DNA of 64,000 nucleotides from Gammaproteobacteria bacterium (GCA_965222615.1 CBDCUI010000008.1:608001-672000); one strand, 5' to 3'; positions 1 to 11,141 are shown, numbered from the stretch's first letter. Numbers and translations: made by a program. The notes: generated by a model from the sequence alone, not told the origin.

Positions 1-2
1 AA

Positions 3-524
3 GCATATAAACAGTATCAAGAACATCAACCCCATGTGGTGGTTATGGATTTATCGCTTCCGGGAATGAGTGGGCTTACTTGTATTCGTAAAATTATTTC
101 ACGTGATGCTACAGCAAAAATTTTAGTTTTTAGTATCCACGATGAGTCTGTATATGTAACGCGCGCTTTAGAGGCCGGTGCAATTGGATATATTACCAAA
201 AGTAGTGCATCAGAAACATTAGTGGAGGCAGTTAGTAAAGTTGCCCAAGGTGAAACATTTATCGAACCTGAAATTTCAAAGCGTATGCAAGCACACAAAT
301 TTACTGACGTAGACTCTACGGTATTATCTGAGCTCTCGGCGCGAGAATTTGAAGTGTTTAGGCTTATTGCCAAGGGTTACACTGCACAAGATGTTGCAGA
401 AACTTTGTTTTTAAGTGCGAAAACTGTTGCAAATTACAATACACAAATCAAATCTAAATTGAAGGTCAAAACAAATTCTGAATTGACTCGTTTAGCTTAT
501 CGGCATGGTGTAATTGAAAAATAA
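3..524 (+). CDS. NarL/LuxR-family response regulator (MxaB-like), 5' truncated by window edge
   Basis: Receiver motif VVVMDLSLPG..GA.GYITKS plus LuxR HTH LSAREFEVFRLIAKG..LSAKTV; frame is open to the window start. Confidence 0.9.
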   Translation, partial: AYKQYQEHQPHVVVMDLSLPGMSGLTCIRKIISRDATAKILVFSIHDESVYVTRALEAGAIGYITKSSASETLVEAVSKVAQGETFIEPEISKRMQAHKFTDVDSTVLSELSAREFEVFRLIAKGYTAQDVAETLFLSAKTVANYNTQIKSKLKVKTNSELTRLAYRHGVIEK

Positions 525-580
525 TCTTACAATACTGATGTGCAATCACAATAAGATTAGACTTAGTATAAAAAACAAGT

Positions 581-624
581 CAGGAATTTTTCCTATTGTC
601 TGACAATATGTAATCAAGCAAGCT
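581..624 (+). promoter_or_regulatory. Candidate promoter with AGGAA-N3-TTCCT inverted repeat next to the -35 box
   Basis: AGGAATTTTTCCT at 582-594, TTGTCT at 596-601, CAAGCT 17 bp later; similar motif precedes pqqA and xoxF. Confidence 0.4.
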
Positions 625-726
625 TATAGCGAAATAAAAATACTTAGCAGAGTAACAGCCGATCGATTTCGATCAGTAAGGCTTGTTCATAATAATAATA
701 TAAATAAGTGAAACAGGGAGTTGATG

Positions 727-3015
727 ATGGCTAAGACAAGTCTCGTTACATATGTCGCTTGTGTTTTATTTTCCATCACGTATACAACGGCGTCTGCTGA
801 GAATCGTAAAGACACACTAGATGCGATTAACATCATCAGTACGACACCAGTCCCTGCAACCGGCATCCCGGAAAACCAAGTGCCTAATCGCGTTCAGGCA
901 ATCGAAAGTGACGAAATTGAACAAGGAAATGTTCTGGGTATCACGGATTTTTTAAATTCAAATCTTGGTAGTGTCAACATCAATGCGGCACAAAATAATC
1001 CATTGCAACCAGATGTGCAGTTTCGTGGATTTACTGCCTCACCGTTACTGGGTTTACCTATTGGTTTAGCAGTGTATCAAAATGGGGTACGCATTAATGA
1101 ACCGTTGGGGGACACAGTCAATTGGGATTTAGTACCTAAAGATGCCATCGCAGATGTGCAGTTAATTGGTGGTGCAAACCCCTTGTTTGGTCTAAATGCG
1201 TTGGGTGGCGCATTAACATTACAAATGAAAAACGGATTCACACACCCTGGTCATCTTGCAGAAATTAATAGCGGCGAATTCTCTCGAACCACAGTGTCGT
1301 TACAAAGTGGCGGTAATAATGGTTCGCTTGCATATTATCTTAATTTCCATCGCTTTGAAGAGTCAGGTTGGCGAGACTTGTCTAGTTCTGATGCCAATAA
1401 TTATTTTGGAAGTTTTGGATATCGAAGTAAAAATATAAAGCTGAACTTAAATGTGCAACATGGCGATACAGATTTAACTGGTAATGGCGCTGCACCTATC
1501 GAATTACTAAAAGGAGAATATGATGCCATTTTCACCGCTCCTGATATTACTGAAAATGACATGACCATGGTGTCATTAGATGGTAACTATTGGCTTAATG
1601 ATGACATGTTGATATCTGGAACTACTTACTGGCGTGATAACGACACTGATTCCTTCAATGGAGATTTAGCAGAAGAAGATGACCCACCACCCGCACCGTT
1701 TGATGCGATTAATAACATCAGTGACCGAAGCCAAGAAACACGTGGTGCCACATTACAAGCGACACATTTTGGTACACTTTTTGATAAAGAGAATCAGTTT
1801 ACAGTGGGCACTGGTGTTCATCATGGAAGATCAGAATTTGAAGCTCAAGTACAATTTGCAACACTTGATCCTGCAACTCGTTCCACAACCACTTCCGGTG
1901 CAACAACAGGACCTTTTGATGATGATGAAACCGATGTAAATACACGCACGGTCAGTACTAGTATATATGCGACTGATACGCTTTCGATGAGTGATAAATT
2001 AACACTGACGTTATCAGCTCGTTATGATAAAACACGCATACGATTGCGTGATCGTTCTGGGGAGCAACCTGAGCTAGATGGCAATCATACTTTCAGTCGC
2101 GTCAATCCTGCAGTTGGGCTTACCTACCAACTAAATCCTGCAATTAATCTTTACGGGAGTTATAGTGAATCTTCACGAGCACCCACTCCAATTGAATTGT
2201 CTTGTAGTGAGGAGGTTTTGGATTTAGCCGATGATCCTGATGATGTGGAGTGCCGATTACCGAATGCGTTTTTGGCTGATCCACCACTTGATGATGTAGT
2301 TGCGAAAAATTTTGAATTAGGATTGCGTGGTTTTAGTACTGATCAAAAGTGGAATTGGCATGTGGGCGCGTTTCATACCGATAATGAAGACGATATTATT
2401 TTTCAATCTACAGGTCGTGCCACGGGTCTGTTCAAAAATGTAGATGAAACTCGGCGTTTAGGGGTAGAAGCGTATTTAGGGAATCGTGGTGATAGATATC
2501 AGTGGGCAATTAACTATAGCTATTTGAAAGCCACTTTCGAGGATGACTTTTTAGTATTAAGTCCAAATCATCCCGCAGCAGCTGATTTGGATGGCGATGG
2601 AGAGGATGAAGAATTGCAAGTGAAATCGGGAGATTCAATACCGGGTTTCCCAGAACATTCTTTAAAAGTCACGGGATCCTACGAAATTTTTCAAAAATTT
2701 TCTTTTGGTGCTGAATGGTTGGTCAATGATGGTCAATATTTGCGAGGTGACGAATCTAATCAACTTAGTCGAACACCCGGGTATGGTATTTTAAATTTAA
2801 CCGCCAGCTATCAACCACATCCTCAAGTAGAAATATTTGCTCGCGTGGATAATGTATTTGATAAAGAATTTTTCACATTTGGATTGTTGGGTGAAGAACC
2901 TGATGAAGCTCCAGGCTTGGATGATTTCGAAGACCCACGGTTTTTCGGTGCTGGATCGGAACGTGGGGCCTGGGTAGGACTACGCGTAAAGTTTGGTAAA
3001 GAAGAGAAAAATTAG
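727..3015 (+). CDS. TonB-dependent receptor, probable lanthanide uptake (LutH-like)
   Basis: Signal peptide, plug motifs (GLAVYQNGVRIN, GLNALGGAL), C-terminal RVDNVFDKEF barrel motif; adjacent to exbBD-tonB and xoxF. Confidence 0.88.
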   Translation: MAKTSLVTYVACVLFSITYTTASAENRKDTLDAINIISTTPVPATGIPENQVPNRVQAIESDEIEQGNVLGITDFLNSNLGSVNINAAQNNPLQPDVQFRGFTASPLLGLPIGLAVYQNGVRINEPLGDTVNWDLVPKDAIADVQLIGGANPLFGLNALGGALTLQMKNGFTHPGHLAEINSGEFSRTTVSLQSGGNNGSLAYYLNFHRFEESGWRDLSSSDANNYFGSFGYRSKNIKLNLNVQHGDTDLTGNGAAPIELLKGEYDAIFTAPDITENDMTMVSLDGNYWLNDDMLISGTTYWRDNDTDSFNGDLAEEDDPPPAPFDAINNISDRSQETRGATLQATHFGTLFDKENQFTVGTGVHHGRSEFEAQVQFATLDPATRSTTTSGATTGPFDDDETDVNTRTVSTSIYATDTLSMSDKLTLTLSARYDKTRIRLRDRSGEQPELDGNHTFSRVNPAVGLTYQLNPAINLYGSYSESSRAPTPIELSCSEEVLDLADDPDDVECRLPNAFLADPPLDDVVAKNFELGLRGFSTDQKWNWHVGAFHTDNEDDIIFQSTGRATGLFKNVDETRRLGVEAYLGNRGDRYQWAINYSYLKATFEDDFLVLSPNHPAAADLDGDGEDEELQVKSGDSIPGFPEHSLKVTGSYEIFQKFSFGAEWLVNDGQYLRGDESNQLSRTPGYGILNLTASYQPHPQVEIFARVDNVFDKEFFTFGLLGEEPDEAPGLDDFEDPRFFGAGSERGAWVGLRVKFGKEEKN

Positions 3016-3478
3016 TAATTATTTCATCACATAAATTTAAACATCAATTTATCGTTGTATTCTGTCAAGTCTAGAGAATATAAAGAGAATTCTCATTTTT
3101 TTTACACCTAATTCTGTCCGAGAACAAATATCTTAAATGAGCATCTAAAAATTTAGTTTTTAACCAGTCCGTAATAAAGGTATTTATAATTTTATTAATA
3201 TTCCTAATTTTATTAATTAGAGGGTTTGTTAAAAAACTGGTTGAAATGGAAACCAGTTGAGAATTAATCTCTGAAAAGTTATGAAAGCCCTTCTTATTTT
3301 ATCTGGCTTTGATAAATTAACATATTTAGAACAGTTGCTTGGCTTAATATGTTTATTTCTCGATCTGGTTAACATTAGAATGCGCTCTTGAAGACTTAAT
3401 TTATAAACTAAATGATGGTCTTCTGAGAGAACTAGGGCTTACGTGTTAGTCAGTTAACAACGTTATAAAGAGAGCGAT

Positions 3479-4210
3479 ATGGAAGAAGATGTAGGGAAAT
3501 TAGAAACTTTTGATGGTGTTGAAAATTCTTTACAACCGTTAGAGGCTGGTACGCAAAATCTAACATCCACAATAAGCAATAACAGTTGGTCGATAGAAAG
3601 ATTGATTGAATTTTTTGAAATAGGTGGCCCTGTATCGGTAATACTGCTAGTTCTTTCTATTGTGGCGTTGACAGTGACATTAATGAAATTATGGCAATTT
3701 TGCTTTGTTCAGTTAAATGCACGGAAATTTATTGAACCTGCTTTATCTAAATGGAAAGACGGAGATTACAAGTCAGCGGAAAAGATATTAACTGAATCAA
3801 GAAGCCCTATAGCACGTGTCATGCAAACAGCTATGTATGTAATAAATAACAAATATAACGCTGAGCTTGGGCGTGAAGAGGTCTTACGTGTTGCGACGAA
3901 TGAAATGGTTTCGGCGCGGCGCTATTTAAAAGTACTAGATTTAATTGCCACCCTTAGCCCGTTACTTGGGTTGCTTGGAACAGTATTTGGCATGATCGAA
4001 GCATTTAAGCGTTTAGAAGAGGCCGGTAGCACTGTTGACCCATCTATATTGTCTGGTGGCATTTGGGAGGCTTTGTTAACTACTGCTATGGGATTGAGTG
4101 TTGCAATTCCAGTAGTGTTTGTGCTGGGTTGGTTTGAGCAGCGGATTGCACAATTTCAAGTTACGATGGAAGATGCTATGACGCGAGTATTTACCTTGCA
4201 CACTGAATAA
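3479..4210 (+). CDS. exbB: MotA/TolQ/ExbB proton channel protein
   Basis: SPLLGLLGTVFGMI and GGIWEALLTTAMGLSVAIP motifs. Confidence 0.92.
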   Translation: MEEDVGKLETFDGVENSLQPLEAGTQNLTSTISNNSWSIERLIEFFEIGGPVSVILLVLSIVALTVTLMKLWQFCFVQLNARKFIEPALSKWKDGDYKSAEKILTESRSPIARVMQTAMYVINNKYNAELGREEVLRVATNEMVSARRYLKVLDLIATLSPLLGLLGTVFGMIEAFKRLEEAGSTVDPSILSGGIWEALLTTAMGLSVAIPVVFVLGWFEQRIAQFQVTMEDAMTRVFTLHTE

Positions 4211-4275
4211 AAGAATTTTTGTTTATGACTTGCTGCATAACAAAGCTTCGTAAAACGCTGTAAATCTATATTTCA

Positions 4276-4674
4276 ATGCAACTATCCAACACACAAGCCA
4301 AACCATCGTTTATTAGTTTGACGCCTCTAATTGATGTTGTTTTTATTTTGCTAGTCTTTTTCATGCTTGCTTCAAGCTTTGTAGATTGGCAGTTTATTGA
4401 GCTCGGAATTGGAAGTGCAGAAGAAGTACGTGCTGATAGTCGTAGTATCAGTACTATTACATTGAAACCTGAAGGCGTCTACGAATTGAATGGAGTCAAC
4501 ATGGATGTATCTGAGATTATAAAAACCGTTCAAGAACGTAGTCAAAAGAATTTTGATCACCCTATTTTGATCCAGCCGTTGGAAGGTGTTCCATTACAGG
4601 TTTTGGTATCGTTGCTTAATGAGATTCATAGTTTTGCAGCCGACAATGTTTCATTAATCAAAGAAGAGTTATAA
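4276..4674 (+). CDS. exbD: ExbD/TolR protein
   Basis: LTPLIDVVFILLVFFML motif. Confidence 0.92.
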   Translation: MQLSNTQAKPSFISLTPLIDVVFILLVFFMLASSFVDWQFIELGIGSAEEVRADSRSISTITLKPEGVYELNGVNMDVSEIIKTVQERSQKNFDHPILIQPLEGVPLQVLVSLLNEIHSFAADNVSLIKEEL

Positions 4675-4677
4675 ATT

Positions 4678-5082
4678 TTGCAACTTAAACCTCAACCAAA
4701 AACCCAACCACGGGAAAATATTTTACCACTAATAAATGTGGTTTTCCTGCTGCTTATCTTTTTTATGTTAGCTGGCGCATTTACTGATCCTGAATTATTT
4801 AAGATAAATATACCAACCGCCACAAATGATAATAACGCCGACAAAAAAACTTTAATGTTACTCATGAACTCAGACGGGGAGCTGGCTTTTAATAATTCCC
4901 AAGTCAGCCAAGAAGAGTTGAGAGCAATCATTATCAATAAAGTAGCAAATAGTTCTCTCTTTCAAATTCAATTGAAAGCTGATGCTGATGTCGATGCAAT
5001 TCGATTAGTAGAACTGATGGAGATGTTAAGTGATACAGGTTTGAAATCTTTGCATTTGTTAACAGTCTCGCCTGAATCTTAA
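4678..5082 (+). CDS. exbD: ExbD/TolR protein (second copy; Asn in place of the usual TM Asp)
   Basis: ILPLINVVFLLLIFFML and LKADADV motifs. Confidence 0.88.
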   Translation: MQLKPQPKTQPRENILPLINVVFLLLIFFMLAGAFTDPELFKINIPTATNDNNADKKTLMLLMNSDGELAFNNSQVSQEELRAIIINKVANSSLFQIQLKADADVDAIRLVELMEMLSDTGLKSLHLLTVSPES

Positions 5083-5093
5083 CTTTAAATTTT

Positions 5094-5822
5094 ATGGTGC
5101 TATCACAGGAACTATTTCAATTTGATTTTAAACAATGGCTGTTAGCATTTTTGCTTGCAATTTTTGCGCACGCTCTTTTCTTTTTATCAATCGTGCAAGA
5201 TAAGCAATCCGCTACAGAACCCTTGCAGCAAAAAAGATTTGTTATTCAATTAAAAAATATTACTCGTCCACCTAAAGTGGCACCTGCTCCTATTGTTCAA
5301 CCAAGAGTCGAACCGTTACCTTTAGAGGAACCGATTGCAAAACCACAACCGCAAGTTAAACCAAAACCAAAACCAAAACCAAAACCAAAACCAATTCAAG
5401 AGTCCGCAGAACACCTTAAGGTTGCACCAGAAGAAAGTAATCCGCCAACCATTGATCCCGTGCCTGTAAATGTGCAAAAGGATATTACTGAGCCGGTTAT
5501 ACCAACACTTGCTAAAGTCGATACGGTGTTAAAAGACAAATATGAGTCTCAATTGCTCGCGTGGTTGGAAAGACATAAAAAATATCCAAATGCAGCTCGT
5601 CGTCGAGGTCTACAAGGAACCGTGACCTTGGAATTTTCTATAAACGCAAAAGGCGAGGTATTAACTTATAAAATAGTGCAGCCATCTGAACATACATCAT
5701 TAAATGATGCAGTGGTAAAATTGATCAAACGAGCTTCTCCTTTACCTCCAATACCCCGAGAGCTGCTCCAAGATAAAGCACAGTTGTCATACACGATACC
5801 AATCCATTACAAATTAAAGTGA
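5094..5822 (+). CDS. tonB: Energy transducer TonB
   Basis: N-terminal TM, Pro/Lys-rich linker, C-terminal YPNAARRRGLQGTVTLEFSI domain. Confidence 0.93.
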   Translation: MVLSQELFQFDFKQWLLAFLLAIFAHALFFLSIVQDKQSATEPLQQKRFVIQLKNITRPPKVAPAPIVQPRVEPLPLEEPIAKPQPQVKPKPKPKPKPKPIQESAEHLKVAPEESNPPTIDPVPVNVQKDITEPVIPTLAKVDTVLKDKYESQLLAWLERHKKYPNAARRRGLQGTVTLEFSINAKGEVLTYKIVQPSEHTSLNDAVVKLIKRASPLPPIPRELLQDKAQLSYTIPIHYKLK

Positions 5823-5974
5823 TCAATACTAAATGTAGTGTAAGTTGTGTATATATGCGAAGTGTTTGTTGAGATTTGTTATTGGTTTGGTAAATTTAGT
5901 ATGAACTTTGTTATAGACTACATCGTCAAATTAAATAGGCTATAGAAAGCAGAAACACGTTATTCCATATAGTT

Positions 5975-6580
5975 ATGAAATCACAATATTTACTAATTAC
6001 ATTAGGCATCCTATTTTTTTTGCAGTGCTATACATATGCTGAAGATGCGCCGGATAATTGGCCATGTATACAGCGGTTCGTGCCAGAGCTGTCTGCCGCG
6101 ACAATTTGGCCAGAACAATTGGCAGATACTGAGTCATCACAAACCAACGATGCGGTAACTTCTGAGCTTATCAATAAGCTTGCAGATCGGCATGAAAAAC
6201 TTGATGAAGTTCAAGTGCAAGTTGACAAAATTTTAAAGCAGCAAAGTGACGATAAGGCAGATAAAGCAAATAAATTGTTTGCCGGGGTTTTTACACAAAT
6301 ACAAAATGAACGTAAGCGTATAATAAAAGGGATATTTCGTTACACTGATCGCCAACGCAAGCTAGGCGAGCGCATCGAAAACCAACGTAAAATACTTAAA
6401 TCTAATGAAGATAGTCCGGAACTAGATACAAAAGCGCTTGAAGATTTACAGGTTCGGCAGGCGTGGGATATTCGTGTATTTCGCGACCGAGAGCGTCAGC
6501 TTAATTATTTATGTGAACAACCGGTTAAAATGGAACAGCGCTTATTCTCCATTGCTAGATTGTTGCAAGGCTATTTGTAG
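5975..6580 (+). CDS. Exported protein of the WPCxQR family seen in lanthanide-utilisation clusters
   Basis: Signal peptide, DNWPCIQRFVP N-terminus, LCEQPV..EQRL C-terminus. Confidence 0.65.
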   Translation: MKSQYLLITLGILFFLQCYTYAEDAPDNWPCIQRFVPELSAATIWPEQLADTESSQTNDAVTSELINKLADRHEKLDEVQVQVDKILKQQSDDKADKANKLFAGVFTQIQNERKRIIKGIFRYTDRQRKLGERIENQRKILKSNEDSPELDTKALEDLQVRQAWDIRVFRDRERQLNYLCEQPVKMEQRLFSIARLLQGYL

Positions 6581-6606
6581 AACAACTAGCAATACAAAAC
6601 AATAAT

Positions 6607-7095
6607 TCAAAAATTACTAGCGCTTGCCTGACGCTTATCTTCTGGTGGACATTGTAAGCGATGAAAATTTCGCATAGCCATGATGAATCTTAGGTTGTTG
6701 TGCTGTACTTTATTGTGTTTTAACCAAAGAGATTGTAGCTCATAGGCTTGAGCTTCACGTGTCTTCCAGGTCAAGCAGTCTGTCTGCTTTACAGAGAGTT
6801 GATATTTATACTGTACGTAGTGAACAAGCTCGTGTAGGACAATGCTACGGTCGAACATGTTATGCGTAAAATTTAAATCCTGACTTAAATATACGTTATC
6901 TCCAGGCGGAGGCACCCAGCCTTTAATACCTTTTATGCTATTGTAATTTGCACATGGTTGTTCGCAGACGAATTCAGCAATCTCGTCTTCAGCCATGAAT
7001 ACAATATGTGGAGGACTAATATCATTAAATAGACCCAATTCCGTTTGGATAAAGAGTAAAAGTCCAATCAACAGTTCAGATGTGGGTTCACTCAT
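6607..7095 (-). CDS. Hypothetical protein with HExxH motif (DUF6647-like)
   Basis: SIVLHELVHYVQ..E.QAY.LQ pattern. Confidence 0.6.
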   Translation of the reverse strand: MSEPTSELLIGLLLFIQTELGLFNDISPPHIVFMAEDEIAEFVCEQPCANYNSIKGIKGWVPPPGDNVYLSQDLNFTHNMFDRSIVLHELVHYVQYKYQLSVKQTDCLTWKTREAQAYELQSLWLKHNKVQHNNLRFIMAMRNFHRLQCPPEDKRQASASNF

Positions 7096-7570
7096 GGGTC
7101 AATCTCGCTAAGATTCTGTGATGCCGTTTGTCTGACAGTAATATACAATTTACAGGTATTAAACAATGGAATATCTATATAGGCGGTCTCAATTTGCTGA
7201 AATAAAGTCAAATTTATGTTTATTGAATTTAGTGAAGTAATAATCGTTGACTATAGCGTATATGTATATTTGTCTTTAGGAATAGAACAAATCTAATTTA
7301 GTCTAATTAATTCAATAATATATGTAAATTCTAAGTTGCTTATAAGTAATTATCGTTGACCGAACTATTATAACCCATAGAAATAATAAGGTCTCTTTAA
7401 AGAAAAAATCCTAGACATAAAATTTTTTTCTATTAGTATTAGCGGTCTAGACAGCTGGTCTTGTTAAACCTAATAAAGCCTAAAAGCTTTGTAAAAAAAT
7501 ATGGCAGGGCTGGCAGAGAGTCTTGAAAACGAAAAATTATACTAAATCAATATCTAGGAGTCCTCTGAAG

Positions 7571-9391
7571 ATGAAAATCTATAAAGTTGGTTTAAGCTTA
7601 TGCATTGCCGTGTTGTTATCAATTACCTCCACGGTAACTGCAAACGAAGAGCTTATGAAAATGTCTCAAGACCCTAATCAGTGGGTCATGCCTGCAGGTG
7701 ATTTTTTTAACCAACGTTATTCTAAGCTTGATCAGATCAATGCAAAAAATGTTGGTGACTTAAAAGTTGCTTGGAGTTTTTCAACGGGTGTTTTACGTGG
7801 ACATGAAGGCGGTCCACTCATCATCGGTAATACGATGTATGTGCATACACCATTCCCTAATAAAGTTTTTGCGTTAGATCTGTCTAACGAACAACAAGTT
7901 CTTTGGGAATATGAACCAAAACAAGATCCTGAGATCATCCCGGTTATGTGCTGTGACACCGTCAACCGTGGTTTGGCATATGGAGATGGAAAAATTTTCC
8001 TCTACCAAGCGGATGCCAAGTTGGTTGCGCTTGATGCGAAGTCCGGCAAGTTGGTATGGAGTGCAAACAATCGTACCGTTGCTGGTCAACCCGGTGTAAA
8101 AGGTGATGTAGACCATCCTGGTGCAACGGGAACTTCTGCACCACACGTGTTCAAAGACAAAGTATTTGTTGGAATTTCCGGTGGTGAGTTTGGCGTTCGT
8201 GGCTCAATGACGGCGTATGACATCAAAACCGGTAAGCGAGTATGGCGCGGTTATTCGATGGGTCCCGATGCCGATACCTTAATGGATCCGAAGAAAACCA
8301 CTCATCTTGGTAAGCCGGTAGGTAAAGATTCTGGAATCAACACATGGGAAGGCGATCAATGGAAGATTGGTGGCGGTGCCACCTGGGGCTGGTTTTCATA
8401 TGATCCGGACTTGAATCTTATGTATTACGGCTCTGGAAATCCAAGTACTTGGAACCCAGTTCAACGCCCTGGCGACAACCGCTGGTCTATGACAATTTGG
8501 GCACGCGATGTAGATACGGGTATGGCCAAGTGGGTCTATCAAATGACTCCTCATGATGAGTGGGACTATGACGGCATAAACGAGATGATCCTGGCTGATA
8601 TCAAAGTCAAAGGTAAAGATCGTAAGACGCTGGTTCACTTCGATCGTAACGGCTTTGGCTATACAATGGATCGTGTAACAGGTGAACTGTTAACAGCTGA
8701 GAAGTTTGATCCTGCAGTAAACTGGGCTACCCATGTAGACATGAAAACGGGACGTCCCCAAGTAGTTAGCAAGTACAGCACTGAGCAAAATGGCGAAGAT
8801 GTAAACTCAACAGGTATTTGCCCAGCAGCACTGGGCTCTAAAGACCAACAACCCGCTGCATTCTCACCGAGAACGGGGTTGTTCTATGTTCCTACCAATC
8901 ACGTATGCATGGACTATGAACCATTCCGTGTTAGCTATACAGCTGGCCAACCTTATGTAGGTGCAACCCTAGCGATGTATCCTGCACCGGGTGGTGATCA
9001 TATGGGTAACTTCATTGCTTGGGATGCAGACAAAGGTGAAATTGTCTGGTCCATCGATGAACGTTTTTCTGTATGGAGTGGTGCTTTAGTAACTGCAGGT
9101 GATATTGCTTTTTACGGTACTCTTGAAGGGTATCTAAAAGCAGTTGATATCAAAACCGGTAAAGAACTTTATAAGTTCAAAACCCCTTCAGGCATCATTG
9201 GCAATGTGACTACCTACATGCATGATGGTAAGCAATACATAGCTATACTATCTGGCATTGGTGGCTGGGCCGGTATCGGCATGGCTGCTGGCCTTACTGA
9301 GGACTCTGATGGACTTGGTGCTGTAGGCGGCTATCGTCACTTGCAAAACTACACCCGCCTGGGTGGAGTGTTGACGGTTTTTTCTCTTTAA
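7571..9391 (+). CDS. xoxF: Lanthanide-dependent PQQ methanol dehydrogenase XoxF (probably XoxF5)
   Basis: Vicinal CC ([10 protein letters not shown]) and [10 protein letters not shown] with the extra Ln-ligand Asp (MxaF has DYAG); RBS AGGAG before ATG 7571. Confidence 0.97.
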   Translation: MKIYKVGLSLCIAVLLSITSTVTANEELMKMSQDPNQWVMPAGDFFNQRYSKLDQINAKNVGDLKVAWSFSTGVLRGHEGGPLIIGNTMYVHTPFPNKVFALDLSNEQQVLWEYEPKQDPEIIPVMCCDTVNRGLAYGDGKIFLYQADAKLVALDAKSGKLVWSANNRTVAGQPGVKGDVDHPGATGTSAPHVFKDKVFVGISGGEFGVRGSMTAYDIKTGKRVWRGYSMGPDADTLMDPKKTTHLGKPVGKDSGINTWEGDQWKIGGGATWGWFSYDPDLNLMYYGSGNPSTWNPVQRPGDNRWSMTIWARDVDTGMAKWVYQMTPHDEWDYDGINEMILADIKVKGKDRKTLVHFDRNGFGYTMDRVTGELLTAEKFDPAVNWATHVDMKTGRPQVVSKYSTEQNGEDVNSTGICPAALGSKDQQPAAFSPRTGLFYVPTNHVCMDYEPFRVSYTAGQPYVGATLAMYPAPGGDHMGNFIAWDADKGEIVWSIDERFSVWSGALVTAGDIAFYGTLEGYLKAVDIKTGKELYKFKTPSGIIGNVTTYMHDGKQYIAILSGIGGWAGIGMAAGLTEDSDGLGAVGGYRHLQNYTRLGGVLTVFSL

Positions 9392-9458
9392 TCTAGTTAC
9401 TTAATTGAGGTAAAAAAGTAACTTTTAAAATAGAGTCATAGAAGACTACATTTAAATT

Positions 9459-9504
9459 AAGTCCGGTATCTCGATGTATTATTCATCGGATGCCGGGCTT
9501 TTTT
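9459..9504 (+). terminator. Intrinsic terminator between xoxF and xoxG
   Basis: Stem AAGTCCGGTATC/GATGCCGGGCTT followed by a T run. Confidence 0.75.
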
Positions 9505-9566
9505 GCGTTTAAAAAAATTAAAGCCTAATTGGTGATTATTTCCACACGGTTTTAAGAGGTAGACAA

Positions 9567-10247
9567 ATGGATATTTCTAATAATAAATTTTTTCAGACAA
9601 ATCATATTTTATTGTTTGTATTGCTGGTGTTTTCGTTAGCAATATTTGTTTCTTGTAGTGAAGAGGTGAAACAAGAGGCCAAAGAAACGGTATCTGAAGT
9701 AAAAGAATCTGTTGAAGAGGTTGCTCTGGAAACAACTGAAGCCGTGTCTGAGATGACAGAAACTGTCGAAGAAAAGGCACAAGAAATCATGAAAAGCGAA
9801 CCGGAAACTGTTGCTGAAGCAAGTAGCAGTGAAGCAGAAACTTCAAATATGGAAGAATCTACCGATGGTGATAAACCCTATACAGTTAGTGCTGATGGAA
9901 AAGTCGATTGGTACACTTTTAATGGTTATCGCCGCTATCATTCCGAGTGTCATGTGTGTCATGGCCCTGCTGGACTAGGAAGCTCCTTTGCTCCGGATTT
10001 AACAAAATCCGTAGTGACTATGGGTTATGAAGGCTATCTGGAAACTGTAGTAAATGGTAGACAGGTTGTAAGCAACACTGCCACCCAGAATATGCCTTCG
10101 TTTGCAACCAATAAGAACGTCATGTGTTACGTCGATGATATTTATGCTTACTTGGTGGCGCGTGCTGATGGTGTGGTGGGTAGAGAACGGCCCGACAAGG
10201 AAGCTAAGCCACAAGAAGCAATGGAAAGAGATGAAACTTGTATGTAA
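9567..10247 (+). CDS. xoxG: XoxG cytochrome c with lipoprotein-like signal and acidic linker
   Basis: VDWYTFNGYRRYHSECHVCHG heme motif, YVDDIYAYL.ARADG; directly after xoxF. Confidence 0.9.
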   Translation: MDISNNKFFQTNHILLFVLLVFSLAIFVSCSEEVKQEAKETVSEVKESVEEVALETTEAVSEMTETVEEKAQEIMKSEPETVAEASSSEAETSNMEESTDGDKPYTVSADGKVDWYTFNGYRRYHSECHVCHGPAGLGSSFAPDLTKSVVTMGYEGYLETVVNGRQVVSNTATQNMPSFATNKNVMCYVDDIYAYLVARADGVVGRERPDKEAKPQEAMERDETCM

Positions 10248-10292
10248 TTACATAGATCAAATTAGGAATCATTGCGTTTTTACTAAATAAAA

Positions 10293-11141
10293 ATGGCAGC
10301 TGAAATCCAATTTAATCGCATTTTTTGTGCATCCAAAGTAGCCAAGATAGCTTTAGGGTTTGCGCTGGTATTCGTGCATCTTTACTTGCCTTTGTATGCG
10401 GCAAATACAGCTGAAATTGTAGACCGCACGAGTTTGAGGGTATGTGGTGATCCAAATAATTTACCATTCTCAAATGATAAAGGTGAAGGCTTTGAAAATA
10501 AAATTGCAGAATTACTGGCTGAGTATTTAGGTACTCCCATCGACTATACGTGGTTTCCACAAAGTCAGGGTTTTATTCGAGCAACCTTGAAAGATTACAA
10601 ATGCGATATTGTAATGGGGATATCAGCTGCACATGGTTTAGTGCTGAACACTAACCCATATTATAGTTCAGTTTTTGTGCTTATCTATCGTAAAGATCAA
10701 AAAAACAAAATAAGCACCTTGGCGGACCCTGAACTTAAGAAATTTAAAAAGATAGGGTTAGTAGCAGGAACTTCTCCCACGGAATTGATGCTAAAGCATG
10801 GATTGATAACACAAATGGCACCTTATCATTTGTATGTAGATACGCGAGTAAATACAGTTGGTAGTCAGATGATTCAAGATATTTTAGATAAAAAACTAGA
10901 TGCTGGTATTTTATGGGGCCCCATCGCAGGATTTTATGCGAGTCAACATGCTGCACAGCTGGAAATTGTTCCCTTGACTGCTGATGATACAGAGGAGCTT
11001 AGAGTGGTCTATAGAATTACCATGGGTGTTAGACCAGGTGAAGTGGAGTGGAAGAGATTGTTGAATACATTTATGAAAGAAAAAAAGTTGGAGATCGAGC
11101 AAATTCTTGAAGGCTATGGTGTTCCATTAGTAGATAAATAA
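10293..11141 (+). CDS. xoxJ: XoxJ/MxaJ periplasmic binding-protein family
   Basis: LRVCGDPNNLPFSN..GEGFENKIAE and WGPIAG motifs. Confidence 0.93.
   Translation: MAAEIQFNRIFCASKVAKIALGFALVFVHLYLPLYAANTAEIVDRTSLRVCGDPNNLPFSNDKGEGFENKIAELLAEYLGTPIDYTWFPQSQGFIRATLKDYKCDIVMGISAAHGLVLNTNPYYSSVFVLIYRKDQKNKISTLADPELKKFKKIGLVAGTSPTELMLKHGLITQMAPYHLYVDTRVNTVGSQMIQDILDKKLDAGILWGPIAGFYASQHAAQLEIVPLTADDTEELRVVYRITMGVRPGEVEWKRLLNTFMKEKKLEIEQILEGYGVPLVDK

Noticed and set aside
5361-5393. (CCAAAA)n repeat as a phase-variation tract
   Set aside because: In-frame hexamer encoding the normal PKPKPK linker of TonB
7571-9391. Calcium-dependent MxaF call
   Set aside because: DYD motif and absence of mxaI indicate XoxF
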